Shown here in pieces: positions 43,697-51,744 of a stretch of 64,000 bases of DNA (positions within the stretch are counted from its first letter, which is position 1; every line of letters starts with the position of its first letter). The stretch comes from Syntrophales bacterium. Its GTDB lineage: Bacteria > Desulfobacterota > Syntrophia > Syntrophales > UBA2210. The notes below the pieces were generated by a model. That model was not told the DNA's origin. It did not search any database and was given only the letters and a program-made list of their open reading frames with translations. A program made the translations under genes and the position numbers. Where the stretch lies: the NCBI GenBank assembly GCA_963664485.1, contig OY761459.1:709275-773274 (forward strand). Direction: 5' to 3'.

Positions 43697-44515
43697 ATGA
43701 ACGACACCTTTCTTATCAGTATAGTAACATTTGTATATTTCTTCGCCGCTTTTCTTTTCCTCGTCTCCACCATCATTAAGAATAAACCGGCAGAGAGATT
43801 GGCCTTCCTGATCACCTTTGCCGGATTAGGGCTCCAAACGGCAGCGATAATTATGCGCTGGATTCATTCGTACCAGCTGGGCATCGGGCACGTGCCTCTG
43901 TCGAATTTCTATGAGTCCCTTGTGTTCTTTTCATGGTCCATCATCTTTGTCTATTTAATAATGAGAAGGCGTTACAGCAACAATCTCTTCGGTATCTTCT
44001 CCGTCTTCTTCGCATTTTTGATATTAGCGTACGCCTCCCTGTCCGGCAACGTAAACTGCACGATTCAGCCGCTTATTCCCGCGCTGCAAAGCAACTGGCT
44101 CATAAGTCACGTCATAAGCTGTTTCCTCGCCTATTCCTGCTTTGCCATTGCTTTCGGAACAAGTATTCTTTACCTCTTAAAGGTCAAGGTAAATATATCC
44201 ATCATTCCCGATGCATCTTTCCTTAACGAGGTAACCTACAAAATGATATCCATAGGATTTGTGTTATTAACATTGGGCATTATCACCGGTGCAGCCTGGG
44301 CCGACCGGGCATGGGGACGTTACTGGGGGTGGGATCCGAAGGAAACATGGTCTCTCATCACCTGGTTTATCTACGGAGCTTTCCTTCATGCACGCCTCCT
44401 GCGCGGATGGAAAGGCGCAAAAATGTCGCTGGTTTCGATTATCGGCTTTATCGCCGTTATCTTTACTTACCTCGGAGTTAACTATGTGCTCTCCGGGCTC
44501 CACAGCTATCTGTAA
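43697..44515 (+). CDS. ccsA: Cytochrome c-type biogenesis protein CcsA/ResC (system II heme handling)
   Basis: Trp-rich heme-binding motif WGRYWGWDPKETWSLITW, with conserved His residues in the flanking helices. Confidence 0.9.
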   Translation: MNDTFLISIVTFVYFFAAFLFLVSTIIKNKPAERLAFLITFAGLGLQTAAIIMRWIHSYQLGIGHVPLSNFYESLVFFSWSIIFVYLIMRRRYSNNLFGIFSVFFAFLILAYASLSGNVNCTIQPLIPALQSNWLISHVISCFLAYSCFAIAFGTSILYLLKVKVNISIIPDASFLNEVTYKMISIGFVLLTLGIITGAAWADRAWGRYWGWDPKETWSLITWFIYGAFLHARLLRGWKGAKMSLVSIIGFIAVIFTYLGVNYVLSGLHSYL

Positions 44516-44555
44516 CAGGTTAACGCGTGGTTTTTCTTCTACAATTACAGATTAC

Positions 44556-44822
44556 TTACTCATCCAGATCGAGCTGAACGACGCTTTCAAAGCCCCTTTC
44601 CTGAGCCTTGATATCAAGGTGAATCGTAGAGACATTTTCCAGGGGAGGATAGATAATACGCTCGACCTCTCTCGTATCCACTACCTTTACGTATTTTTTA
44701 CATTTGTCGCAAAAATCCAGTTTGTATTCTTTCTCTTCCTCAATTGTGAAGTAGCGGAGCGTATTATTATCCTTATTGTCGCAGAATGGACAGTATATCC
44801 TCTGAACATGCCATTTGTGCCC
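44556..44822 (-). pseudogene. Remnant: C-terminal ~88 codons of an FdhE-like formate dehydrogenase accessory protein
   Basis: ..RIYCPFCDNKDNNTLRYFTIEEEKEYKLDFCDKCKKYVKVVDTRE...LDIKAQERGF.. parallels the last two CxxC pairs and the C-terminus of FdhE. The frame is closed by a TGA at 44823-44825 and no start codon is available. Confidence 0.6.
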
Positions 44823-44834
44823 TCAGAAACGTAA

Positions 44835-45311
44835 ATATACGAAGGATTAGTTAAAGATGGTTTTGAGCCTCTCATACGGGGAAAACTGGAGCGACTGGGA
44901 GCAAAAGCATTTCACTCGCGCGTTGTCCCCGATGACAGAGATGCTATTGTCGAGGCAATCAGGGAACTGATAGCCAGGGATATCGACCTGCTTGTCACGA
45001 CGGGAGGAATGTCGGTGGACCCGGACGATATTACAAGATCCGGATTGGAAGACGCTGGGGCTACCGATATACTCTACGGCGTTCCCATACTGCCCGGGGC
45101 GATGACCCTCCTCGCCCGTATCGGAGACGTCCAGGTTATCGGTGTACCTGCCGGGGCATTGTATTTCAAAACGACCAGTTTTGATCTGCTCGTTCCGCGC
45201 CTCCTGGCCGGCATTAGCATATCCCGGCACGACCTCGCCGGGATGAGCAGTGGTGCTTTCTGTCTCGAATGCCGGAACTGCACATTTCCCATGTGCCCTT
45301 TCGGTCGATAA
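44835..45311 (+). pseudogene. Remnant: 3' part of a MoeA/MogA-type molybdopterin-binding domain gene
   Basis: ..VPDDRDAIVEAIRELIARDIDLLVTTGGMSVDPDDITRSGL...GVPILPGAMTLLARIG..VIGVPAG.. is the MoCF-biosynthesis domain signature (TTGG.S). The frame opens right after a TAA at 44832-44834. The first ATG (45009) lies in the middle of the domain. Confidence 0.6.
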
Positions 45312-45398
45312 AAGCAGCATCGCACCAAGCGCCGGTGCATAGTATTCCAGCATGTATTACAATGCTTAATCTTAACCATGTGCGTTGCGGTTATTACC

Positions 45399-45427
45399 TT
45401 GACTTATAAAACTCTTTTTCCTATAAC
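45399..45427 (+). promoter_or_regulatory. Candidate sigma70 promoter for the ModE-like gene
   Basis: TTGACT (45399-45404), 17-nt spacer, TATAAC (45422-45427). An additional TATAAT is present at 45434-45439. Confidence 0.45.
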
Positions 45428-45473
45428 AAATGCTTATAATTCATTGTAAACTGTTTGGGTGGTTTGAGGAATT

Positions 45474-45857
45474 ATGAAGATACGACATAAGATCTGGCTG
45501 GAAGAAGATGGAAAGGTGCTGTTCGGCTTGGGCCGCTACAAGCTGTTCAAGGCCATCGATGAATTACACAGCCTGAACGCGGCGGCAAAGCAATTGAACA
45601 TGTCGTACCGGGCGGCCTGGGGTCGGGTGAAAGCGTCCGAGGATCGAATGGGTAAAAAACTCGTTGAACGTTCCCAGGGAAAAGGTATGTACCTGACGGA
45701 TTATGCGATATCGCTCCTCGAACAATTTGACCGGCTGGAACAGCAGACATTAACATTCTTACAGGAGACTGGTCAAAGTCTCTCATCATCGATCAAGAAT
45801 AAAACAGGAAGCCGATCGACAAAAAAAACTTCCGGCGAGCCGGACAGCAGAAAATAG
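45474..45857 (+). CDS. ModE-N-terminal-like winged-HTH regulator with no Mop/TOBE domains
   Basis: ..GRYKLFKAIDELHSLNAAAKQLNMSYRAAWGRVKASEDRMGKKLVER.. matches the ModE/LysR-type N-terminal HTH block. The 127-aa protein ends in a low-complexity tail. Confidence 0.7.
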   Translation: MKIRHKIWLEEDGKVLFGLGRYKLFKAIDELHSLNAAAKQLNMSYRAAWGRVKASEDRMGKKLVERSQGKGMYLTDYAISLLEQFDRLEQQTLTFLQETGQSLSSSIKNKTGSRSTKKTSGEPDSRK

Positions 45858-46447
45858 TTAATCCGATCTCTTGCTTTTCTTTTACCTGCCGCTAGTGGTT
45901 GTTTTCCTCTTGGCATGTTAACAAGCAACTCATTTTTTAATTTCCGATTTTAAAAATATCCCTGGAAAATGTCCGGTGGATAATCTTGCCATATAACAAG
46001 TAATTTCCGGTCACATCTAAAAGTACAATGGAACCATACGTGCTCACAACCTTACGCCCCGGGGTTTTGCGGTTACCATAACACTGAAAAGTGGCCATTG
46101 AATAATTACACCGGGCAAGAAATCTGCAAGTTTCCTCAGAGTACGAAATGTCGACTATGCTGATCATAGGATCTGTATCCGTGCCACGCGGTTATTATTT
46201 CATTGACTCACAGAGCCTGTTTTCTTATACTCCCGCCACGAAATACGCATCAGTTCTTATGAGAAAAATCGGCATTCCAGGTGAATCGGGAGCAAATGAC
46301 GTCGAATCCATACGCAAAGGTTATCGCGTATGGAATATACGCGTTCCGCTACCTTCATCTTTAACGGTAACTACATTCTTTTCGTGATAAATCCTTCAGG
46401 GAACGTTAGATGGTTCCCGTGATCATATCACTCTCCATGGCAGGAAT

Positions 46448-46915
46448 ATGAAAAAAGAAAACGAAAAAATTATCGGCGAGTTTCTAAGACATTCCGGAGA
46501 ACTCTCAGAAGAAATCGAAACGGAGACCGAAGCACTACTTGGTACTGTGCCTTTTATTTTCGGAATACTCCGGGAACGCCCGGAGGCGTTTGTACTCTCG
46601 GCGATGGGTGACTACCTGATGCACCGGCCACCGAATCTGGACCCGAAAACGGCCGAATTGATTGCAATCGCAGCGTCCGCCGCTGCAGGTGCGGACAACT
46701 GTCTGAAAACACATATCGGAGCCGCCAGGCGGACAGGGGCTACCCGTGACGAGATACTCGATACCCTCCTGCTAACCTCGATCATCGGAAGGACGAAAAT
46801 GCTCGCCTCCTCACTGCGGGTTTTCAGTGCCGTATTTGAAGCAGACACAGACGCGGCGGGCGGGGAAAAGAAAACCGACGGCAAAAATCCGGGTGAGGCA
46901 ACACCGGAACGGTAA
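46448..46915 (+). CDS. Carboxymuconolactone decarboxylase (AhpD-like) family protein
   Basis: ..DPKTAELIAIAASAAAGADNCLKTHIGAARRTGATRDEILDTLLL.. is the CMD-family helix pair. Only the second Cys of the CxxC motif is present. Confidence 0.75.
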   Translation: MKKENEKIIGEFLRHSGELSEEIETETEALLGTVPFIFGILRERPEAFVLSAMGDYLMHRPPNLDPKTAELIAIAASAAAGADNCLKTHIGAARRTGATRDEILDTLLLTSIIGRTKMLASSLRVFSAVFEADTDAAGGEKKTDGKNPGEATPER

Positions 46916-47121
46916 CAGTGCGGAGCAGTAAGGATACACGCCGGCGATTTTATTTTACAATACTGGGTGTCTATCCTTGTGGCGTTTTCGCATTTCAAAA
47001 GATGACTACCCCGGGCAGTTGTGTTTGAGCGACAAAGGCTTGCCGATCAGGTGATCTTTTTATGAATAAAAATAACCGTAATCCATAAACCGGTGTAACC
47101 AACCAGCCCTTCAATCGTTTC

Positions 47122-47604
47122 TTGAACGATATGATTGTCTTTCAGGATTTTTACCGAAATTACAAGGATAGCCTGCTGGCATATCTGCTACGGATGACAG
47201 GCGAGTATGAGGCATCCCGTGATCTGATGCAGGAGAGCTTTACCCGCTGCCTGGAGCGATACGGCCGGGACGGCTGCAAACCATCGCTGCTGTTTACCAT
47301 CGCGCGCAACGCCGTGTATGACCGGAGTCGGCACATACGGGTTCAGGAGCGTTCAGAACTTCAGCGCCGGGCGGAGTCTGTGCATCCGGAGGAGCACCAC
47401 TTGTTACGTGAAGAATATCGACGGGTTCTGAACGCCATCCAGCAGTTGAATCCTGATGAAAAGGACCTCCTCTCTCTGGCGGCGACCGGCATCTATTCCT
47501 ATCGACAGATCGCACAACATGTCGGCATCAGCGAGGCAAACGTCAAGGTGAAGATCCATCGTTCCCGCATGAAACTTAAGAAGCTGCTTGATGAAGGAGA
47601 ATAA
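47122..47604 (+). CDS. ECF-type sigma-70 family RNA polymerase sigma factor
   Basis: Region 2 (..LLAYLLRMTGEYEASRDLMQESF..) and region 4 (..YSYRQIAQHVGISEANVKVKIHRSRMKLKKLL..). The start is either the TTG at 47122 or the ATG at 47131. Confidence 0.88.
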   Translation: MNDMIVFQDFYRNYKDSLLAYLLRMTGEYEASRDLMQESFTRCLERYGRDGCKPSLLFTIARNAVYDRSRHIRVQERSELQRRAESVHPEEHHLLREEYRRVLNAIQQLNPDEKDLLSLAATGIYSYRQIAQHVGISEANVKVKIHRSRMKLKKLLDEGE

Positions 47605-47605
47605 A

Positions 47606-48193
47606 ATGGACGAAATAATAAGCATGTTCATCGATAACGAATTGAGCATCGACGAAAAACTGTCTTTTATAAAAAAGTTGAAGGTCGATCCCGACTTTTT
47701 CAGCGAAACCGTGGCTCTGCTAGAGCAGGAAAAACTGCTCCGGGCCGAAGGTCTGTATACCGCGCCCCCGCTCGATTGGAAAGTACCGGCAAAAGAACAC
47801 GGCAAGCCGCGCAATTTGCTGAAAGGATTCTTTAGTCCCCTGTTGCAACCCGTCGGAGTCATGGCTGTACTGGCTATCGCCGTGTTGGGGATCATGCTGG
47901 CCGGCTTACCTGACCCCGCTGCCACTGTCTGTCCGAGCCGTTTCGTGGTGTACCAACCGGACGCCAGGGAGGTTGCAGTGGCCGGAGAATTTACCGATTG
48001 GCAACCAATGCCCATGCACGCCGCAGGATCCGGAGGATATTGGGAAATCAATCTCGAAGTTCCCGCCGGTGAATATCGTTTTGTATATATCGCCGATGGT
48101 AAAAAGCGTTTTATCGATCCTACCGTACCGGCGAGGGAACAGGATGATTTCGGCGGGGAGAATGGTATTCTTGTAGTAGGGAAATCGATATGA
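47606..48193 (+). CDS. Single-pass anti-sigma factor with a C-terminal CBM48/AMPK-beta-like (E-set) domain
   Basis: N-terminal anti-sigma helix region (MDEIISMFIDNELSIDEKLSF). One TM helix (VGVMAVLAIAVLGIMLAGL). C-terminus ..VVYQPDAREVAVAGEFTDWQPMPMH..GGYWEINLEVPAGEYRFVYIADGKKRFIDP... GGAG-N7-ATG at 47606. Confidence 0.75.
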   Translation: MDEIISMFIDNELSIDEKLSFIKKLKVDPDFFSETVALLEQEKLLRAEGLYTAPPLDWKVPAKEHGKPRNLLKGFFSPLLQPVGVMAVLAIAVLGIMLAGLPDPAATVCPSRFVVYQPDAREVAVAGEFTDWQPMPMHAAGSGGYWEINLEVPAGEYRFVYIADGKKRFIDPTVPAREQDDFGGENGILVVGKSI

Positions 48194-48513
48194 AGAAGCG
48201 ACTTTTTCTCATCGTATTGCTTTTTCTGATGTTTTGCGGATGTTCACAGCACCGCTGCATCAATAACGGGAAGATTAATCTACACCTTGAAGCACCAGGG
48301 GCCGAATCGGTTGTGTTCGTGTCATCTCTCGACAGCTTTAAGCCGCGTTTAATGCACAGGACACCGGAAGGTACATGGATGATTTCCCTGCCGGCATCGA
48401 GAGAGTTCCGCTATTTTTATCTTGTCGACGGCGAGGCCTGTTGCCCGACTTGCAAGTATCGGGAAACGGACGATTTCGGTGCCTGTAACTGTATTTTCAT
48501 TCCCGAAATGTAA
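48190..48513 (+). CDS. Small lipoprotein with a CBM48/E-set-like domain
   Basis: Lipobox LFLMFCGC. ..INLHLEAPGAESVVFVSSLDSFKPRLMHRTPEGTWMISLPASREFRYFYLVDGE.. has the same fold signature as the anti-sigma C-terminal domain. An ATGA overlap links it to the anti-sigma gene. Confidence 0.65.
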   Translation: MKKRLFLIVLLFLMFCGCSQHRCINNGKINLHLEAPGAESVVFVSSLDSFKPRLMHRTPEGTWMISLPASREFRYFYLVDGEACCPTCKYRETDDFGACNCIFIPEM

Positions 48514-48570
48514 CTTTTAAACGCACTGAACGTTTTCAGGATAAAAAGCAATTCCAAAGGAGACCTTTCT

Positions 48571-49455
48571 ATGAAAAAAATACTTTTCTGCATACTGTTA
48601 CTGCTCCTGTGGGCATCGCCGGCACTGTCCGACGAGGTTGAGGACAGGCTGGGTGCCATGGCTACCGAGCAACAGCGGACCGTCACGCGGGCGATGATCA
48701 ACGCCGGCATAGACCCGGAAGATTCCATCCTGATGACACAGGCCATGATCAGGAACCGGTTCCGTGATCAATATACAGTGAGAGCTCAGCAGCTGGCCAT
48801 AGAAGCTAAAAAAGGAAACCTGCCTGTGGAGCCTGTCATGGACAAGGCCTTCGAAGGTATCGCCAAAAAGGCCCCGGACGAGGCGGTAGTCCGTGCCATG
48901 GAAACGGTGCTTTCGCGCTATGCTTACGCGTACGCACATGCCTTACGTTATACACAGCAAAACACCTATCAGCGAAAGATCGGCAACGCCATCGCAGAGG
49001 CCACTACCGCAGGTTTGGCAAACGGAAATGTCAACCAGTTGATGACTCAACTACAACTCAGCCGGCAGCAGCGGGACCGGTACAGGGACAAGACAGACAG
49101 CGACGAGTTTGCCCTGGAAAGTTTCCAAATGGCGCGCGATATGATGCGGCTGGGTGTTCCGACGGATGAGACGGAAGCAGTAATCAGTCAGGCCATCCGG
49201 CAAACCGGCTTCACCGTTCAAAACATGCAAAAGATGCGCCATCGCTTCAGGGAACAGGCTTCCCTGGTCGATCCCGAACAACTGGCGCTGGAGTACTCCC
49301 GTGCTATCCGCGAGGGAGCCGAACCCGGATCGGACATGTCCGAAAACGCATCCCACGGCAGTTCCGCTGACAATAGCAGCGGCAGTTCAGGCGGAAGCGG
49401 TTCCGGCAATAGCGGCGACTCGGGCGGCGGCGACTCGGGCGGCGGGCGAAAATAG
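48571..49455 (+). CDS. Secreted alpha-helical protein with a Gly/Ser-rich C-terminal tail, unknown function
   Basis: Signal peptide MKKILFCILLLLLWASPALS. Predicted helical body. The tail ..SSADNSSGSSGGSGSGNSGDSGGGDSGGGRK. AAAGGAG ribosome-binding site. Confidence 0.6.
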   Translation: MKKILFCILLLLLWASPALSDEVEDRLGAMATEQQRTVTRAMINAGIDPEDSILMTQAMIRNRFRDQYTVRAQQLAIEAKKGNLPVEPVMDKAFEGIAKKAPDEAVVRAMETVLSRYAYAYAHALRYTQQNTYQRKIGNAIAEATTAGLANGNVNQLMTQLQLSRQQRDRYRDKTDSDEFALESFQMARDMMRLGVPTDETEAVISQAIRQTGFTVQNMQKMRHRFREQASLVDPEQLALEYSRAIREGAEPGSDMSENASHGSSADNSSGSSGGSGSGNSGDSGGGDSGGGRK

Positions 49456-49832
49456 AACTATCCAGGATAATTGTAAACAGGCGCAGCGGTTTGCTCTATC
49501 AGCAACAAACGTTCATGCTCCGATCGTTGCGCCGCTTTCAATCCAACCGGCATAATTTCTCACTTTACTCCAAGACAAACAATCAGCAAGCAACAGGTAC
49601 TTTTTTGTTCCGTTCCAGCCCTGGATAATGCATATGCCCACGAAATTTGAGCCGTAATAACATCCACTCTTGCATTCATAGTGTTCATGATATATTCTCG
49701 GCATGTCTTTGCCGGGGATTACATTGCCTGTTACAGTAAAGCACATGCTGAAGGCAGGCACGATATCCGACCGCGGCGTGCGGATAAACATGAGCCTCAT
49801 GAAAAGACAGGAATATCCGCAAAGGATCACAT

Positions 49833-50606
49833 ATGCGAAAACCCGTTGTAGCTTTTCTGCTCGTACTGCTCCTGTGCTGCTCGGCGTGTTCCGCGACAAC
49901 CGGGAACACCGTCGCTCAAACGTCCACAATCGATGCGCTGCTGGCCGGCGCATACGACGGCAATATGACATGCCGTGAGTTGCTGAAGCATGGCGATCTG
50001 GGTATCGGCACATTCGACCATCTGGACGGCGAAATGACTGTTCTGAACGGAACGGTGTATCAGATCAAGTCCGACGGCAGGGTTTATACCCCCGACGAAA
50101 CTATAACCACTCCGTTTGCCGCCGTCTGCGCATTCGACCCTGACTACACACTGCCCCTGGAAAATGGAATGGATTACGGGGCACTGAAAGCATACGTTGA
50201 CAGTGTAATCGCGAACCGGAATGTCTTTTGCGCCCTCAAGATAACCGGAACATTCAAAAGGATGAAAACCCGCGCTGTCCCGCGGCAGCAGAAACCGTAT
50301 CCGCCCCTGATAGACGTTACCAGAAATCAGCCGGTATTCGATATGGAGAACGTATCAGGTACGATAGCCGGATTCAGGTGTCCACCTTTTGTTCGAGGGA
50401 TCAACGTTCCGGGGTACCATCTCCACTTCATAAGCGATGATTACAAAAGGGGCGGCCACATCCTTGATTTTGAATTGATATCGGGGGTTTCCCAGATGGA
50501 TGTCTGCAATCGATTTCTTTTGATACTTCCGGAGAAGGGCGAAGGGCTGGAGGACCTGGATCTATCAAAGGACCGGAGCAAGGAACTGGAACACGTCGAA
50601 CAATGA
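49833..50606 (+). CDS. Alpha-acetolactate decarboxylase family protein with a lipoprotein-type signal peptide
   Basis: ..STIDALLAGAYDGNMTCRELLKHGDLGIGTFDHLDGEMTVLNGTVYQ.. and ..GYHLHFISDD.. are ALDC signatures. The N-terminus is MRKPVVAFLLVLLLCCSAC. Confidence 0.85.
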   Translation: MRKPVVAFLLVLLLCCSACSATTGNTVAQTSTIDALLAGAYDGNMTCRELLKHGDLGIGTFDHLDGEMTVLNGTVYQIKSDGRVYTPDETITTPFAAVCAFDPDYTLPLENGMDYGALKAYVDSVIANRNVFCALKITGTFKRMKTRAVPRQQKPYPPLIDVTRNQPVFDMENVSGTIAGFRCPPFVRGINVPGYHLHFISDDYKRGGHILDFELISGVSQMDVCNRFLLILPEKGEGLEDLDLSKDRSKELEHVEQ

Positions 50607-50634
50607 AACAGACGGATCGGTAGAAAAGGAAACC

Positions 50635-51744
50635 ATGAGCAAACTATTTGAAAACAGCATAATCAACGGAATGAACCTGTCTAATCGGTTCGTCCGGTCG
50701 GCAACGTGGGAAGGGATGGCTACCGCCGAAGGAGCTGTGACTCGTCAACTGGTCGATGCAACGGCCGCATTGGCAAGAGGCGGCGTAGGTTTGATTATCA
50801 CCGGGCATGCGTATGTCCGGCCGGAGGGACAGGCCAGTCCCTGGCAGATCGGGATTTACAAAGATGAACTCATCCCCGGACTTTGGGAAATGACCGACGC
50901 TGTTCACGCGTGCGAAGGGAAGATTGTAGCGCAAATCAGCCATGCCGGCTGTTTTGCGCTAAGCAGGTTGACCGGACAACCCCCGATGGTTGTTTCGGAT
51001 TTCGATAGTCTGACGGTGAAACCGCCGCGAAAGGAATTAAACGCCCGGGATATCGACGAAATCATCAGTGCCTTTGCAGAAGCCGCCCGGAGAGCGAAAT
51101 CGGCGGGGTTCGACGGAGTCCAGATTCACTCAGCCCATGGATACCTTCTCGATCAATTTCTCTCGCCCGCTTTCAATAAACGCCGGGATGAATATGGAGG
51201 CGATCTGCAAAACCGGGCCAGGATTCACCTCGCTATATACAACGCCATCAGAGAAACCGTCGGAAAAGACTACCCGCTGCTGATTAAAATAAACTGCAGG
51301 GATTATCTGGAGAACGGTCTGGATCTCGAAGAGTCTCTGCAGGTTACGCAACTGCTGGTCGATGCCGGTCTTGACGCGGTCGAGTTGAGCGGAGGAACGT
51401 TTATCAGCGGACCCTTTTCGCCATGCCGTACAAAGATCAATTCTCAGGAAAAAGAGGCATATTTCAAAGAAGAGGCGATCGCCTTTAAAAAGAAAATCCG
51501 CGCGCCCCTGATCCTGGTCGGGGGTATGCGTTCCTTTGAAGTCGCGGAACAACTGGTGGAAAACAGGGTGGCCGATTATATCTCCCTGTGCCGTCCCCTG
51601 ATCAGAGAACCGAACCTGATCAACCGCTGGAAGGCCGGGGATCTGAGAAAATCACAGTGCAAATCGGACAGCCTGTGTTTCGGTCCCGGGCGTGAGGGCA
51701 AGGGGATATATTGCACGGTAAGGAAGGACGAAGAAACATTATGA
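50635..51744 (+). CDS. Old Yellow Enzyme family NADH:flavin oxidoreductase
   Basis: ..LSNRFVRSATWEGMA.., ..IVAQISHAG.., ..GFDGVQIHSAHGYLLDQFLSP..N.R.DEYGG.. and ..LILVGGMR... Confidence 0.88.
   Translation: MSKLFENSIINGMNLSNRFVRSATWEGMATAEGAVTRQLVDATAALARGGVGLIITGHAYVRPEGQASPWQIGIYKDELIPGLWEMTDAVHACEGKIVAQISHAGCFALSRLTGQPPMVVSDFDSLTVKPPRKELNARDIDEIISAFAEAARRAKSAGFDGVQIHSAHGYLLDQFLSPAFNKRRDEYGGDLQNRARIHLAIYNAIRETVGKDYPLLIKINCRDYLENGLDLEESLQVTQLLVDAGLDAVELSGGTFISGPFSPCRTKINSQEKEAYFKEEAIAFKKKIRAPLILVGGMRSFEVAEQLVENRVADYISLCRPLIREPNLINRWKAGDLRKSQCKSDSLCFGPGREGKGIYCTVRKDEETL

Noticed and set aside
45937-46387. Two small ORFs (76 aa on the minus strand, 79 aa on the plus strand) in the gap before the AhpD-like gene.
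   Set aside because: They have no Shine-Dalgarno sequence and no recognisable domain. They overlap each other and a candidate promoter and leader.
49513-50013. A 166-aa minus-strand ORF between the secreted-protein gene and the ALDC gene. Its last 63 codons (MPRIYHEHYECKSGCYYGSNFVGICIIQGWNGTKKYLLLADCLSW..) looked like a possible small Cys-containing protein.
   Set aside because: The long form overlaps the ALDC start in antisense. The short form has no ribosome-binding site and I recognise no family motif. It remains unresolved and would need Ribo-seq or homology searches.
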